NCBI GenBank assembly: GCA_010015585.1
Contig: ML975174.1
Source: Eremomyces bilateralis CBS 781.70
Taxonomy: Eukaryota
Strand: one strand, 5' to 3'
Length of the DNA: 64,000 nt
The notes below the pieces were generated by a model, which was not told the origin of the DNA, ran no database searches, and saw only the letters and a program-made list of their open reading frames with translations. The translations under genes were made by a program, and so were the position numbers. Position 1 is the stretch's first letter, and each line of letters opens with the position of its first letter. Shown in pieces: positions 61,732-64,000 of the stretch.

Positions 61732-62553
61732 TCACCCATCATCATCATCGTGACCGTGGTTCCCTGGGACATGCAGGCCCGTCGCAAACGCCGTCTCTCG
61801 ATCCCGGCGCATGCCTTCAAGCACCCCGACGATCCCCCCTTCTCTCAGTCGTTCCAGAACCACTTTCATCCCTTCTTTCGCGTTCGGTTGGCTCTTTCGC
61901 GCTTTGTTCAGCCCGATCAGCTCGATGGACCGCTGAATCGAGCCTTGCGACCAGGATCGGAAAAACCCGACTTTCGGTTCCGATTCCGTTTGATCTCCGG
62001 CAGCTTTTGCAGCGGCCGCCGCCGCTCTTCGCTTCTTAACGTTCTCGCCGAACGGAGATCGCAGGGTTACGGAGGCCACGACATCCGTCTTTCCTTGTAG
62101 GAGCGCCGAGGGCAATAGGTCCGAGGAAGTTTGCGCGAACGATGTCGACGATGCCGGCGACGCTGGGCGCAGCTCCCCCTGCCGGTAATAATCCTGCCGT
62201 TCCACCACGCTCAGGACGCCCGTCCACTCCAGGTTCCGGCTCTCAGTCTTCATCCATCCTGCGTTCACATCGACGACGCTGGTCTCGAGGATGTAGCTCT
62301 GGCTGTCGCCGGCGGCGGTGGCGCCGAGGAGGGAGCGGGGGATGAGGCGGAGGACGGCGGAAGGGAGCTTGGAGCGCTTGAGGTGGAGGCGGGTGGTGGT
62401 GAGTTGACGGGTTTGTGGGTCGAACTGGCGGGATATGACATCGGTGGATTGCACGTGGGTGCTGTAGGGATTGGGGTAGCGGAGGAAGTAGGCCAGGGAG
62501 ACGAGGGGGAAGGCGTGGTCGTAGGCGTAAGTGGACGTGTAGACTTTCACCAT
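61732..62553 (-). CDS. UPS1: PRELI/MSF1-domain mitochondrial intermembrane-space lipid transfer protein
   Basis: MVKVYTSTYAYDHAFPLVSLAYFLRYPNPYSTHVQSTDVISR, SYILETSVVD, TESRNL and GMKVVLERLR. Confidence 0.88.
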   Translation of the reverse strand: MVKVYTSTYAYDHAFPLVSLAYFLRYPNPYSTHVQSTDVISRQFDPQTRQLTTTRLHLKRSKLPSAVLRLIPRSLLGATAAGDSQSYILETSVVDVNAGWMKTESRNLEWTGVLSVVERQDYYRQGELRPASPASSTSFAQTSSDLLPSALLQGKTDVVASVTLRSPFGENVKKRRAAAAAAKAAGDQTESEPKVGFFRSWSQGSIQRSIELIGLNKARKSQPNAKEGMKVVLERLREGGIVGVLEGMRRDRETAFATGLHVPGNHGHDDDDG

Positions 62554-64000
62554 GATGGATCTCGTCGGGGGGTTCTTGATATGGTGATGGAACCAGCTTC
62601 GATCGCTCAGGTGGCAAATTGGGGGTTGATCGGATGGGGGACCACCATACCTAGAGCAGGCAGTCAATCGGTGGTCAAAATGAAGGCATTTAACACGTTT
62701 CTACCGTCCCGATGACTCCAATATGTGAACGGTGAATTGTTGGTGAAAGACGAGATAGAGAGTTGACGTTCACAAGGGAGGGAATTATTTGATGGCGGAG
62801 GTTAGAGGAAGAGCTTTGGGATCCTTCCTAATGAGGAAGGATACGGCAACTCCCGACCCCGCTTCTTAGCCTATTAATAGTCACGTGATACTCTCTATAT
62901 ATCGACTCCGACCGAATCAAGAGCTCTTGTCACCACTTTCTCCAAGCTGCACCGTGATAGCGACACCCTCAATGGTACGGTGGTGCAAGTATGCCACGTA
63001 TCGAATCCTTAATGGAAAGTAAGCCGAGGTACACATTGGGAATTCAATCGCCACGTGCCGCAATAGGATATCATACTCAATATCTATGTCAGCCCGTAAT
63101 GTCTAGCTAAGTCTGCCAGTGCGAAACTGGCAAGGCTCTTTATCGGTAAGAAACGAGACATAAACTCATCAGTCCGCTGTGTTGATCGGAACTTGCAAAG
63201 GTATGAAATCAATCATGACATTCAAGAAGTCGTCGCTGTTTCGGTCATACCTCCCAGAGTCGCTCCTCATGGATAGACGTCGCAGATTCGATATTGGAGG
63301 ACTTGCCTCCTCTATGAAGGCCAATCCTGCTAACCCTACCGAGAATCTCGTCTCGCCCTTGGTCACGAACCGCTCGAAACGTCAAGCATGCATCAGTGGG
63401 TCGATAGGCTATACTGCAGTGGATTGTCGCCTCCGAGCGGAGACGCCGGCGAGATCACGGGATATATTTTGGGAAACGACCCCGTTCCGTATCTGGCCGT
63501 TTCACAATCCGCATACCAATACCACAAGCTCGTGTGCTTAATCGATCGCCGAGCTTGCTTGGGCTACACGTTCTTAGAGGCTCCGGCAGGATGAATCGTC
63601 GCTGGTGTCTTAACGCCAGTCTGGAGTTAACCTCGCGGGAGTTGGAAGATTCTCCTCACATGTCATCCTGCTGCCTATTGAAGGACTCGGGGTTTACCGG
63701 TAGTCAATGGGGTTCTTCGAATCTATGCTCTGCGACCGACGAGGTCTTCGGCGACCTCGTGCGCCCGTATCCATCTAACAAATACCCGTGTTGGACAGAG
63801 CCACAAGTCTTCTCGATATTGGGCTTCACTAATATCGACTCGAGTCTCGGCAGAGAATGAACTACATGCGTCACGGTCGATATGTCATCGTTCTCCTTGG
63901 AAGATCTGTCCAAAAACATATGGACAGACTGAATCACCGCGCCAGTCCATTATACTTCTCGTTTGAGGAGAATTTGAGGCATTGACGCTTTATTTCTGTA

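Noticed and set aside
63000..64000. Short ORFs at the window end
   Set aside because: Frequent stops and no recognisable product; may be a degenerate tail of something outside the window.
1..64000. CRISPR arrays, rRNA, intact tRNA, LTR elements, telomeric repeats, secondary-metabolite core genes
   Set aside because: None seen by eye.

Overview
Eukaryotic DNA from a filamentous ascomycete (Pezizomycotina-type genes with short GT-AG introns and CTRAC branch sites). From about 22.8 kb onward the window is mostly conserved housekeeping genes: MCD4, CSM1/PCS1, a large coiled-coil protein, PAF-acetylhydrolase, PHA2, HTD2, an Edc1/PNRC-type decapping activator, a phytase-like protein, INO80, an F-box-like protein, BRX1 and UPS1. 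The first 22 kb is largely accessory. It holds a HET-like pseudogene tail, MRP51, a C2H2 zinc-finger gene, an intact 1906-bp Fot1/pogo DNA transposon (85-bp TIRs, TA target duplication), decayed sequence and a hexose transporter. The best candidate for an undescribed system is a head-to-head pair of intron-rich genes that the ORF track fragments. One is a secreted bicupin of the oxalate decarboxylase family whose lid lacks the decarboxylase Glu. The other is a secreted SBP56/methanethiol-oxidase-like beta-propeller. All gene models were spliced by hand and family assignments come from motif recognition, not database searches.
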